DNA from: Lobosporangium transversale
Taxonomy: Eukaryota
Reading direction: 5' to 3'
Length of the DNA: 64,000 nucleotides
Assembly (NCBI RefSeq): GCF_002105155.1
Contig: NW_019028979.1
Span: forward strand, 124,001-188,000
Below are positions 38,345 through 50,866 of this stretch, piece after piece. A program made the translations under genes and the position numbers. Below the pieces are notes generated by a model that was not told the origin of the DNA, did not search any database, and worked only from the letters and a program-made list of their open reading frames with translations. The number at the start of each line of letters is the position of its first letter. The first letter of the stretch is position 1.

Positions 38345-39989
38345 TTAGCAAGCACCGCCATCCTTCCAGGCGCCATAAGCAGAGGCACCGGGAGTCTCAC
38401 CCTGAGTCCACCAGGAGTTGGTGTAGAGACGGCCATTGTAGGTAACCTTGGTACCAGTTGTGGCGTAGGCAGTGGCGCTGTTCCAGGGAGCAACACCATT
38501 GCAGATGCTAGTAGGAGGGGTGGAAATTGGGGGTTTGGTAGTGACTGGGGCAGTGGTGGTGGTGACTACAGCAGTGGTAGTTGAAGGAACGGGGACGGTA
38601 GGGCAGTTGGAAGTGCAGTGGATGTTCTGAAGAACGTTGACCAACTCGTTGTTGTAATCGTAGGTCATATCCCAGAACATGACACCCTTAACACCCTTAG
38701 ATTTGGCATAGTTAACTTTGATAGTCAAGGATTGGATATCATCGTAGGAGATGAAAGTCTTGTCAGCAGCACGGAACAACCAGGGGGTCTGGGTGGTCTC
38801 ATCCCAGTATCTGGTCCAGCCAGCAGCAGGGGTAGTAGGAGTGGTCAAGACGGTGCCACGGAGCTCCTTCCACTTCCACAAACCTGAGTAGACAGAGCCC
38901 TCGTTACAGAAGAAGTTGATTTCGTTGCTATCAGATGGGCCTCCCTTGGGAACAACGCTGGTCTTGTTGACATACATGCTGACAGGGTTCTGGGCGTTCA
39001 TGTCAACGGTGGTGATAACTGAACGGCCGTAGAAGGCAGTACCCATGACCAACTTGTTGGCAGGGAACTTGGCGCTGGTCCAGGCGTCAATGGACTGGAC
39101 GAAAGAGTACTGATCGGCGAGACCGGCAGGGCCGTTTCTGAAGGGAGCATTGGGTCCGGTGTTGGCGCTCCAGCCTCCCATAATGTCGTAGGCCATAATG
39201 GCGATCCAGTCAAAGTACTGAGCGAAGGCAGAGACATCACCCAAAGGCTTGCCATCAGCACCATCGAAAGGCTGGACACGAACAGCAGCAGTCAAGAGCT
39301 TGCGGTCGTTAGGGAACTCCAAATCCAACTGGGCACGAAGTTCCTTGAGGAGAATGAGGTAGTTGGCAGAGTCCTGAGGAGAGACAGTGTTACAGGCGGC
39401 ACCAGAGCGGCCAGGGTACTCCCAATCGATATCGAGACCGTGCATGTTCCAGCCATCGGGGGTGGTGGCGTAGTCAGGGAGAGTGTTGTTGCGAACAAAG
39501 ACCATAGCGTTGTTGATGAAGGTCTTGCGGAGATCAGCGCTGGCGGCGACTGTGGAGAGAGTCTGGGATCCGGTCCAGCCACCGATCGACATCAAAATTG
39601 GGACACCATGCTGGTTACCACGAGCAACCAAAGCCCTCATGTTGTTTCCATCATAGTAACGGTCGAAGAAAATATCGGTAGGTTGAGCATTCCTCTTGGC
39701 AGTGACACCGAAACCGCTGTTAAGGGATATAAAGAAAAAGGGCAAAAGCGGGTCAGGGACTTTTTTTTTTTTTTTGATTCATCGTTTGTGCAGTATACTA
39801 TTAATGCCCAAAGGTGACTTACTAGTTGATGTGGGTGTACTTGGTCATATCGAGTGAAGCGACTGGAACACCGCCCCATGGGACCCAGTATCCAACAACA
39901 ACGTTGTTACTGGCAGCGCGCTTCTCAACGGGAGCAGCAGAGGCGTAGGCAATGGCAGTGGCTGCCAGGGCAAGGAATGAGATCTTCAT
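38345..39989 (-). CDS. Secreted GH18 chitinase with C-terminal CBM5/12 chitin-binding module
   Basis: Signal peptide MKISFLALAATAIAYASA; KYTHINY (one intron ~39719-39822); SIGGWTGS; GLDIDWEYP; MAYD; GVMFW; Thr/Pro linker; WNSATAY...VTYNGRLYTNSWWTQGETPG. Confidence 0.95.
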
Positions 39990-41314
39990 TGTAAGTAACT
40001 GTTGTTTTTGATAGGGAAGAAGAGTAAAGAGGCAGTAGATGAGGATGAGGATGAGGATGAGGATGAAAACAAAAACGAGGCGAAGGTGGAGGTATTTATA
40101 ATGTTCAGAATGTGCTTGATCAAGGTTTAAGGATCGAGGAAGAGAAATAAGCAGTGTATATGCTGGCTCAATAGTAGATTTTAGGGATTGTTTGCAGTGC
40201 TTCCCAAAGAGGGAACGAATTCTACATGTACAACGTAATGGCCTGGAATGGAATAGAGAATTCAATTTAGTTGACCTTACAAAGAAGGAGGATTGAAAAT
40301 GCGATAATTCGTTTAGCGTACAATTTTGTGGAGCAAGAAAACCTTCTTGATGTTATCAGATATCTCTTCCAAACATTCTTTTCTTCCATTTCATATCTCT
40401 GTAATTTCAATTCATTGAGTAATAAAGAACTGCGAACCCTCAAACATTCAATAAAGTATATATATTATATATGTGTATATATAAAATTTAAAATACAGTG
40501 TATAATGACAACATCATGTGTTATTTCGATGTGTCCATGGGGTCATGGGAGCAGGTAAGGGTCTTGATGGCGATGATGATGGCTGATTATGCAGGGAGCG
40601 CTTATTTTATGTTTGTTTGCGGTTCTACGAAGATTTGTTTATTTGGCGGTTGTCCTGGGGTTTAATTCCTTTTTTCAATTCCGTTATATTCAATAAAAGA
40701 AGAAAACAGAAAGTCTCCAATCCTACGAGACGGAAATAGATTATATAAAATCCCAACGACATCTATTCGCATTCCCATAAACCATGGATAGTAATCTCAA
40801 TGGCGAGTAAGGGAATAAGCGAAACTAAAGGCATGGGTCATCTGTGAGTCCCGTTACTGCTGTGATTGTATGATTCTGATGAGAGTAATATATCTAATAA
40901 CGAAAAGGAAATGTTCCTGAATCCCTTAAAAAATTACAAAACCAATAACAAATGGTTAAATGAGACGCGTTTTTGTTTATGTTTTGTGCAACCGCTCCAC
41001 ACGATCTCTGTGCGCAATCGGTAAAGCTTGATGCAACTGAGACGTGTGATTGGGCGACAAACAGATGCCCTCATGCAATCTCATTTTATAGTTTTTTTGC
41101 TTTACATGTTGACCTCAGCCTTTCATCTTCTTATTTTTTATATTATATTTCTCTCGTTTTCTTTCATTTCCGTACTGGAAAAGCAGGCCAAGAGTAAGAG
41201 ATGATTTATTAATATTATTATAGAAGCGGATATTGTACAATTATACGCTTGTTTCTCTGGACTATCTCTCCCTCATCATCTGCCTTTCTCTTTGTGAGCA
41301 TGGAGAACACGATG

Positions 41315-41350
<36 letters not shown>

Positions 41351-44300
41351 AATAAAATATATTCATAAATTGGATACAGATTGTAGAGATCAAATATATT
41401 GTCGTGTGTCCTTGGCTGACATGATGGGATGGGATGGATTAAATAGAAATCAGAGTTCAAACTCCTATCACCCCAACCCTGGCGTCCAGACCAAAGTCAA
41501 GCAGAAAAACCATAGGACCCTGCCATAATGTATGCACTTGCACGCACGAATATGTCATGCGATCATTGTGCGTAGAGAGCAATTTGCCATTTCTCCCAAC
41601 TGGCACCATTTGCCATCATCTTGTTGGGTATTCTACACCCTCTGCTTTCTAATCACCATCTTTTGGCCCATATCTGTAATATATAAGTATTTTGATTTCC
41701 AATAAACGGTCAACGCAGCTCAGCAATGTACTCAAAGATCTGCAAACCTCTAGGAAGCAAATAAAATAAAATAAAAACAAATACAGATACAGCAGTTTTA
41801 TGCTTCTTGCTTGGTAAAAAGACACAAAGAAGCAACTGTTGTAATTGTTGATTGTAAATATTTTTTTTTTTATCTTTTATCTAAAGGTTACATTGCATGT
41901 AATATTCGCTTAGTGAAAATCGGACGCAGAGAGAAGAGGATGGACAGAGGGGCCCAAGGAAGTTGTGTGCGGAGTACAATCTCCCCTGTATGCACACGGA
42001 GCAAGGGAGACGGAAACAGGGGGATGAGAGGCCGGCAGAGGAAGAGAAGGGTAAGAAGGGGAGTACGAAGTGTAAACAATCGTTTAGACATTTGTTTATT
42101 TGCAACCGGTTTGTTTTTCTTTTATTATTTGATTGATTTGATGACAGGTAAGATAAATATTTGATCAAGAAGGCTCACGGGCGAAATACAAACGATTGGG
42201 TCGGCAGGCAGTCTCAAATTGTAACAGGCAAGGGTTCAGGTTCCTTTGCTGCATCCGTGTAAGCAACTATGTGCTCATCTATAGCATATATAATACACAT
42301 ATATTACAAATGATCCTATTGAATGGTAAATAAACAGAAAGAAAAAAAAAAAAAAAAGCAGTTACTTTATTTAATGTATCCTTGCTAGTTATTAATGTTC
42401 CACTGGTCTTCTCAACAGATTCAATTTATGATTATGCATGAGGATAATCCATTTAGTCTATTTCTCTTCATAGAGAAGGAACAAAAACAAAAGGATCGAT
42501 TTCTACTGGAAGCCTTCCATCCATGACATGAATATTGCCTTTACCATCCGGAAATATTATCGGGGTTAGGTTCCTAGATGGCCATCCATATTATATCTCA
42601 CGAACAAAGGGATGAAAAAGTCTACAATGAGAACCAATAACCATTAGCATTTTTTTTATGTGAATGAACTGCACTAACGATCGTATATGCCAAGGAGTGT
42701 TTATTCCGATCATATGAACAGAGCCAGAGGAATGCACCAATACAGTGAAACTTTGTGCCTGAACTAACCTTTTTCTTAAAATCATACGCGAAAATATGTA
42801 AAATGGGCGAAACTCTAAAATGGTAACATGAGAAAAGGGAAAAGAGCTTTCTCCCATACACGCGTTTCTTTTTTTTTTTTTTTTTATTTTTTTATTTTTT
42901 ATTTTATTTGGGTCGCTATAAGGCTGACCTTTGCTTGATTATCCTACATTTTCATACCCACCCCTTCAAAATGTGCCGCCTGGCGCCATTTCCTTTCTTC
43001 CCCAATAAAACTGCAATCCACCATCAAAACTCTGAAGGAAGATTAAGAAACTATCCCGTCAATCGCTTCAAATGCAAAGCGAATTGAACCTGCTTTATTT
43101 TCTATTTTTTCTGAAAATAAAATAAAATAAAATAAAAAATAAACAAGGCACATGTAAATCTCCGTCTAATTCGTTCTGTTTATCCGTAACCGTTAAAGTG
43201 GCCAAAGTATATACATACATGTTGATCACAACTATGTGTAAGTAAACATCAACACTCTTTTGTTTTTTGTTATTTTTTGTTTTTTTCCACAAGTGTATTT
43301 CTTTTTATCGCACATGTAGATAAAACTTTTATTTCCGAATCTACGCCGTGCTTCTAATGGGACCATCCTGTTAGTCCTATAAAAGATTACAACGAGTGCG
43401 GTGCTTCCGAGCTTCAAGGTTGAAGAATGTAGGACAATCATAGCTGATAACAATCGAATAGTTTTTCTTTTTCTTATCCTGGGTGTACAGTTCTTTCGCG
43501 GGTCTTTTTATTCGGTCATTTTTACTAGCTGTATGAGAAACGACTGTACATTTATATTATAACATAATACAACATGTATACAATAAGTATATATCATCAG
43601 TAAAACAACCATTAATTAACCACATTCTATTTCGATATTGTTAGTATATAATATATATATATATACTTGAGTAATGATATGACTAATACATTCTGATAAT
43701 ACAAATGTAACATCTATTTATCTATTTAATGATGTTGGGATCAATCTTATCAATGATGGCACAAACAAAAAATGCCGGGAATCGCGCATAGTCTAAGGCA
43801 TAACAAGAACAGATCAATCCGGAAGATGCCAAGGGCTAAACGCGTGAAAGAGTTTGCACTAATGTCCATACCATGGCGGTGTTTGGTATGAACAAAATGG
43901 AGCGACATGAAATTTGTTCTACTTGAAAGATAATTGCCTAGACTGCCTTTTCCCTTAAAACTATCAGTAATTTGGTGCAATTGAGGACGCATGGACTGCA
44001 GGTTCGTTCAACTCGTTGGAATACTCTCATCATCAGGGGGCCGATAATCGATTGTTGAAATAGATGTTCCATCCAATTTTATTAAAATGAACACAGAATC
44101 GAAGAGACGCAGGTAAAGAAAAGATGTGTACCCATTGTGCCATACATTCTTAAGAAAGGAGTGATACATGTGAATCTATGGAAATGTGAGACCTGATATC
44201 CTTCAATGCCAGAGTGCTTCCATTGTTCAGTTATAAACATCATGGCTTGCAATAAGGCTTGCCAAGCGACCTTTCTTTGAATACGAATCATAGTTGCGAA

Positions 44301-44779
44301 TAGCTTCTATGGAATAGGTGGAGCTTGATACCATGCGCATATTTAGTCCTCGCCAAAAGCTCAAGAGTAAGCAAGGAAGAAGACGGACAGAAAAGTTCAT
44401 GGAAGCCAAGAAACTAAAATGCAGAGAATAGCAAAAAGAGCAGCAGACAACATCGAGAGACTCAGATGTAGAAGGTAGAAGACAAGGATCTACATCGAGA
44501 GGCTGCTACGAGTAAGGGGCTTGGGACTACTTGTGCGTATATGGAGAACCCAGCCACAGAGCCCACCGAAATATCGTAAGAAAGGTAAAAATCGGTAAGA
44601 ACAAAAGTAAATTTAACCTAAAAATGCTCATGTTCGTATCAAAAGTATATCAGTATGCTACACTGGCTCCGAGAGACAGCATCAAGGATCAACGCCCAAT
44701 TCCAGGGTGGTTGAAAGAGGATCAGGGGAACTGGCATGAATAGAGTCCTCGACGTCGCTAGAAAATCCTCAGCAAAATA

Positions 44780-45690
44780 TAAACGATGATTGAATTGCTT
44801 GCTTACCAACGACTTTCTGGCAAGGACTCTAATAATGAATTTGGATTACTTTTGTTGGATCCACAAGGGATTAAATACGTGGGCCTAGGGATTGACCTGC
44901 GAGCCTTTAATGTTGCCGCTTAAAAGTCAGAAATGTTTTCTCAAGAGACCTTGCTCATAGCGGTTGCTTCAACACTGCCAGCGAGGCCATCCTAGAGTAT
45001 TTAATTAAGTCGGTATCCGTCAGGATCCATGCGATCATTGACAAAGTTAAGGACTCGCTAGGGATATTTGACATTTCTTAATCTAATTGATCTTGAATAT
45101 CTTTTTAGGGCAGTATTCCTTCACCATTTGACAGGAAATATAAGGAACCCCGACGGCGGCATGCTCGACCAAGCCAGACTGAAAGTGTCTCACTCTCTGC
45201 ATCGAATAACAAATTTTCAAGTCAGATCATCTTTGAGGACACCAATATTGAGAGAGACCTTGGCAAGGCAGTGAAAGCAACTGATGCCCTTACACAGTTC
45301 GTAATAGGAGCAGATTTGGCCTGTTGGTGCAGGCATAATCCGATATACCACTCATTGTTGCTATCAGACTCGAGAAAAAAGGTTATGCGTTAAGAGAATG
45401 CGGTAGTGCTTATCCAAAGGACAGCACAGAATTACTACTTCAAGAAAAAGGTTGTGAGCATAGGTCATAATGGAAACAGTAGATCATGTCATGTCGCTCT
45501 GTTATATTTTTATTGAGGAATTTTTTATTACCATACGTGCCTTAGAGAGTTGAGTAATATGGTAAGCTATTTGTTAACAGTGAAGTCTCTGGAGAGGAGC
45601 AGATCATGAGGATCAAGCGCTATCTTGCCAAGTATCAATGTCAAGTAGAGTCAGAACAAACGCTGTTGCTTGGTTTGAGCATATTATACA
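44780..45690 (+). mobile_element. Possible heavily decayed TnpB/Fanzor-like transposon remnant (may extend upstream to ~43750)
   Basis: Colinear frame-broken fragments MIELLAY, LDYFL-LDPQGIKYVGLGIDLRAFNVAA, KATDAL, PLIVAIRLEK and LLQEK|intron|VKSLE resemble my recollection of Mortierellaceae RuvC-family elements. Many stops. Confidence 0.35.
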
Positions 45691-45817
45691 TAAGAGATGT
45701 GAATAAGGAGCATACCAGGTTTGTTATCTTGATTCAAGTTAGTACGTTGAGCACCTCAACACCGTCTTCTATTTCATAAATCACCGTTAGTTGCCTGTTA
45801 CTGCTTCAACTTTCGAA

Positions 45818-45850
<33 letters not shown>

Positions 45851-45851
45851 T
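45818..45851. repeat. (AAT)n microsatellite
   Basis: About 11 perfect AAT units, read directly. Confidence 0.9.
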
Positions 45852-46080
45852 AAGAAATAGACCTTTATCTAGAGAAAAGTTCTTATGATGCTCATCCTTG
45901 ATACAAAACCATCCTACATATGGGGTGATAATATATAAGAGACACCCTTCAACATCCAGCGGTGCCTGCCACAACACGTGCTAGTGACTGTTCCCGGAAA
46001 GTGCTTGGTTACAAAAAAAAAAAAAAAAAAAAAAAACAGAGCAGACTTAAGATCAAGACAAATACAACAGATAATATGCA

Positions 46081-47343
46081 ATGGCGCCACCCAAGAAGGA
46101 GAAATTACCAACGATGAGAGAACTACAGGATCTACTCGCTGCATTGGATGCTGGAGGGGACTTATCCATTGGCGGCACTGATAGAGGTAATACTAAAAAG
46201 TACTATTCTTTTTACTATCATAGGCAAAGAAAGAGAAGGGACGAAGTCAAGCCCAAGTTTCTGATACTTGCATCTGCTTTTTTAGAGTCTGGAAACTTGG
46301 ATGATCTCTATAAAGACTCTTATTTTCATGCGATCCTTCACAGAACCATCAAGCTGGAGTCGATCCTAGTCTCAACCTCGCCTCCAATCTCATCGCTATC
46401 CTTGGAAACCGAGGTGCCTCAAAGCAGCATCAACTGCAATAGTACAACTGAGTCATTACCGTTATCATCATCGTCAACAGTACCGGCGCCAGCAACGCAG
46501 GGCTTTCCAAAGGGTACATCTCATCAATTTGATGTTTTGACCCTTCCAGAGGAATGCTCTTGGGGCGACGACCATGAATCTCTTGCTCAAAGATTGCTTA
46601 TCCGCCCTGGCTATGCCACTGTCCTTACTGCGCTTTTGTCGGCACCATCGACACCATTGCCAGGAGCAGAAAAGACACTCGATACACAATCCATCTTTTT
46701 GGCTACAGGTTCTCCTGGGATTGGAAAATCATGCCTAGCTTATTATCTATTCTATAAGCTATTTGAAGCTGGTCATGATGTTGTGATCAGCGACTCCCTT
46801 TTCACAAACGCCTTTGTGGATAGGACGTATTATTCATGCTATTCACCGCATCTGGAAAGACATCCCGCTATCTTACAGGCCATCACCGCATCATCAATAA
46901 CAGCAGCAGCAACAACAGCAAAAGCACCCAAAGAGAAGCGTACATGGTGGATATGTGACGACGGATTCTTACCAGTGAAAGGAACGAAATGTAATGTCCT
47001 CGTTACATGTACTACGGCGCAAACAGGTCAATATATCAATACCATTCGCAGGAAGAATAAGCTGCCGATGCCGGTTCAGTTTCAGATCTCAAAGTGGACA
47101 ATAGATGAGATTAAAGCTGGTTTAATCGTATCATTGGCAAGTACTCTCCCACATTCTAGTGCTGAGCCAACAATCCCAAAGGAACAAGAGGCAGTATTAG
47201 AAACCCTCTGCAAAGAATATAAAGGTTGTCCAAGGTCGATCTTTGCCTGGGTCATGGAAAATTGGACGGATGGAGTGACACCACAGTCAGAGAATACAAC
47301 AGAAAGGACAAAGACAAAAAGAAAGACTAAAAAGCGAGCATGA
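46081..47343 (+). CDS. Crinkler/RHS-type P-loop NTPase-like protein, intronless
   Basis: 420-aa ORF with LLIRPGY...IFLATGSPGIGKSCLAYYLFYKL (CRN-type Walker A context), Walker B-like WWICDD and WTIDEI. Confidence 0.65.
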   Translation: MAPPKKEKLPTMRELQDLLAALDAGGDLSIGGTDRGNTKKYYSFYYHRQRKRRDEVKPKFLILASAFLESGNLDDLYKDSYFHAILHRTIKLESILVSTSPPISSLSLETEVPQSSINCNSTTESLPLSSSSTVPAPATQGFPKGTSHQFDVLTLPEECSWGDDHESLAQRLLIRPGYATVLTALLSAPSTPLPGAEKTLDTQSIFLATGSPGIGKSCLAYYLFYKLFEAGHDVVISDSLFTNAFVDRTYYSCYSPHLERHPAILQAITASSITAAATTAKAPKEKRTWWICDDGFLPVKGTKCNVLVTCTTAQTGQYINTIRRKNKLPMPVQFQISKWTIDEIKAGLIVSLASTLPHSSAEPTIPKEQEAVLETLCKEYKGCPRSIFAWVMENWTDGVTPQSENTTERTKTKRKTKKRA

Positions 47344-47436
47344 AAGAGAGGATGAGAAAGTGCTGTTACAATTAATTATTATTCACCAATTTATTATAAT
47401 TTGAGGTTACCAAAATAAAAAAAATATGCTGTTGTT

Positions 47437-47471
<35 letters not shown>

Positions 47472-47578
47472 AATTTATAACAGAGACATTTCTGCAAGTA
47501 TAGGATTATGGGACGTTTACTATGCTAATTAATGGTCAGAGCCAAAGCTTTTTTTTTTTTTTTTTTTTTTTTTTTGCT

Positions 47579-49504
47579 TCAAGAATGAGTGCTAGCGTTA
47601 TTTGATCGGCGGCCGAATCCTCTTGATGTGGATGGACCAGCAGTAGACGAAGTAGATGAATTACCGTCTTCGATACGAAGATTGGGCGATACCAATCGAA
47701 TTTGCGCTCCCTCGCGCTCCATCATTTCGTCGTCCGCTGTGGTTGCTAAAAGCATGCATGGCAAGCAACATCCAGAGCAGCAAAGAAGGATCGATAACAC
47801 AATAAATACAGGGATCAAGACACGTGCCACAGGATAACTATGTCCATCCAATTTTGCCACCAAGAGTCCAATGAGTGAGTATGAAAGCGAGCCCACAATC
47901 AAGAAGACGACTCCAAGTACGATCATAAGTGACTGTCCTTGCTGCTTCATCTCCTGGTTCTGCATCTGTGAAAAAGAGCGATATCCAATGATGAGCTGCG
48001 CCAAGTATTTTATACCAACAAAGTAGAGTGGAATGAAGATGATGGCCCAAGAACAGCTGATCTTGTTGTCGATGCGAAGCATGATCAAAATAGCAAAAAT
48101 CAGGCGAAGAAATTTCCACCATAGCGCCTCAAACAAGACAACAAGCTTGCTCTTTAGCGTAAGTTCCGAATATACTCCTGTCCTGAATCCAATGGCGAGC
48201 TGAATGATGGCAATGAGGAAAAAGATGGCTTCCATTATAAAGTAAGGCGTGAAGACGGTGGGCGCTGAGATGCTGCTGCTGTCGTTCGCCTTTCTGACAA
48301 TCAGCACTTGAAAGATAATAGCCAGGACTACAAGTGTTAGTGCAAACCCACTTGCTATAATCCTTGCACGCTTCTTTTCCTTGAGTTTTTGAGCCTTGCG
48401 TTCTTCCTGCGCCATAGGTGTCGTATCTCCATCGTTTTCCTCGTGGTGCTCCTCTTCCTCATCATTAATAGGTCGTGCGGCTTGGCTAATAATCAGAGCC
48501 ATCAAAATCATATCCAAAATCCAGAGTGGGATGAATACAACATAGTAGTTCCAGTTGACCTTGCCATCCACGCGGACTGATAAGAAACTGAAGAAGATAA
48601 TGGCGAGAATGAGGAGGACAGAGAGAGAGAAGAAAAGAGTACAGAGGAGAGACTCAATCTCCATCAGTTGTGCTCCAATCTCCGTGCCTGCCATCTGTAC
48701 ACCCATCATTCCATATTTGTCGTATACTTGTCTCTTCTTTGGGTCGCCTATTGAAAACGTGAGTATAACATCATGTACACATGGAGGTTTTTGGTGTATG
48801 AGAGTTAATTACCATTTTATGTAATTTATCTTGTCTAGAAAAATAAACAAACATGCTCACCAGAACAAACAGTAACAGCGAGAATACATACTCAAAACTT
48901 CATAGGCCGCAGCAATTTCTCGAAACTAAAGAACCGGAACAAAGATGAAGAGCGTGTAGGTGTGTAGGTGTGTAGTTAATAGGGATGTTTGAAGAACATG
49001 ATGCATGTTAATGTCAGTTAATATTGATCAATTCATAAAAGACAGGGGTGAGTGTGTGGAGTAAGTATCTATTGCAGGTTCCTTGGTTTTTTACCTTCGT
49101 TTCATGGTCGGGATGCTCAGCAACGTTGACTTTGTCAGGATGGTAGCGCAGTGCCAATCGTCTGGTATTTAGAAAAATGAGATGGTAAAAACCAAATTAA
49201 AAAAAAATACATTATATTGTTTTCCTCTAAGCAACGTATCCAAGCAAGGATAAAATGGAGCCGCATCAATGCAAACAATCTGTTAATTAAAAAGGGGTAT
49301 TTGATGGGGAAACAGCGCTGAGGTGTATGAATTCCAATTTGAATCCCAAGTGTTCTTAAAAAAAAGGGAGAGATGTGTTTCTGCTACAGTAAAGTATAGT
49401 TCAGTGTAGTGTCATTTGTACCTGTAAGCTTTTTTGATTTCATCCTGGGTAGCAGTTTTTGGCACCCCCAAGGCTTCATACAAGTGGACCGTATTGCGAT
49501 CCAT
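47579..49504 (-). CDS. J-domain (DnaJ) protein fused to a multi-pass TMEM185-like membrane domain
   Basis: Exons ~49504-49422, 49163-49096, 48925-48892, 48747-47579 give LYEALGVPKTATQDEIKKAYRRLALRYHPDK...FREIAAAYEVLSDPKKRQVYDKYG, then about 8 hydrophobic segments with WNYYVVFIPLW and SWAIIFIPLY. Confidence 0.85.
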
Positions 49505-50866
49505 CTTGTGAATGTATTGTAATGTTGTTGGTCAACAGAAAGGAAGAGGAAATGGGGATGAGAGAATGAAAGACAGAGATAGATAGAGAAAGTGTATGAG
49601 TGAGAGACAGATGCAGATGCAAGTGATTATTGATGAAGCAAGAAAGGATTGACGAACTGAATCCAAAAGATTGAGAAGAGTGATGGAATAAAAGAGAGAG
49701 AGAGAGAGAAAAAAAAAAAAAAAAAAAAAAAAGAATGTTGTGATTGTAAGTGTACGTTGGAATACAATCAGGAACAAGGCAGTTGGAGGTCCAACAAAGA
49801 GGTGACATTAGACATTAGCGGACAACCTTTCAGTCCAAAGCAAAAAGAGAGCATCCATCTCCATATTTCATTTACAGTTCTAAACTGTATTTATATTTAT
49901 TTATGAACAACTCGTGTGCAGATAAAAATAATTTTTTAAAAGGTCAAGCATGTCAAGTGTACATGAATAATATGTCAATGACATGATGCTTTTTCCGTTC
50001 AACATCATCGGCACCTGTTGGTTTTTTTTTTTTTTTTTTTTTTTTTCTTCATCTCTTGACTACGCCATAGACTGTGTATTACGAATCAACCCATCAATCG
50101 CAGTCATTTGCGATAGAGTGTGGGACAAGGCTTTTTTTTTTTTTGCAAATCCGCTGAAACAGCTTTGGGTATGTGTGACAAATGTGTAATAAAAAAATGA
50201 ACAGTCCAATTGCATGCTGTCTCCTGCTCCAACCATGGGATCATTTGTCCTAGAGAGTTACATTAAACATCCATCTCTTTCGATACGTATGGGATTCATT
50301 GATCCCCAGTCTCTAACTATTGTCATCAAAACTTTTTCAAAGACAGTAAGTGCTCGTCATTGCAAATCTATGAGCTAATTTTTTTTTTTTTTTTCCCGTC
50401 CCGGAAAACACGAAAGCATTCGTTTGAAAAGTAATTGTGCCCTTGTCATGGAGATGATGGCACAGACACGTAACTACACGGCATGAGGTCAATGCTGATC
50501 TGATCAAAATATCGACGACGCGCAAAAAGTAAATATCTATGCACAAATATATATATTTTAGCTTGCATGGTTCCTACATACCAGACTCTCAGCCTGCTGG
50601 ATTCTTCCCGAGTAGAGATACCACTGCATTGTATATTTTCAAATGCTCCTAATCACCATCCAGGCCTCGGCTTCAAGGAGTTTTGAGCAAAGCAATGATT
50701 TTCATAATTATGCGGACCTGCTACACGTTACCAAATCCTGAATAGTAAATGTTGTTCTTGTTTATAGATTTACTTATTTATTCATTCATCGCTATGTCAT
50801 TATTGAAGTAGATTATAATCGAATAGATATAATTATTAAAGATGTTTTATGCGACCGCCAACTCGA

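Noticed and set aside
38345..39989. Horizontal transfer of the chitinase, suggested by higher GC and CBM5/12
   Set aside because: It has a canonical intron and the same C-ending codon bias as eIF5 and PMC1, so high expression is the simpler explanation.
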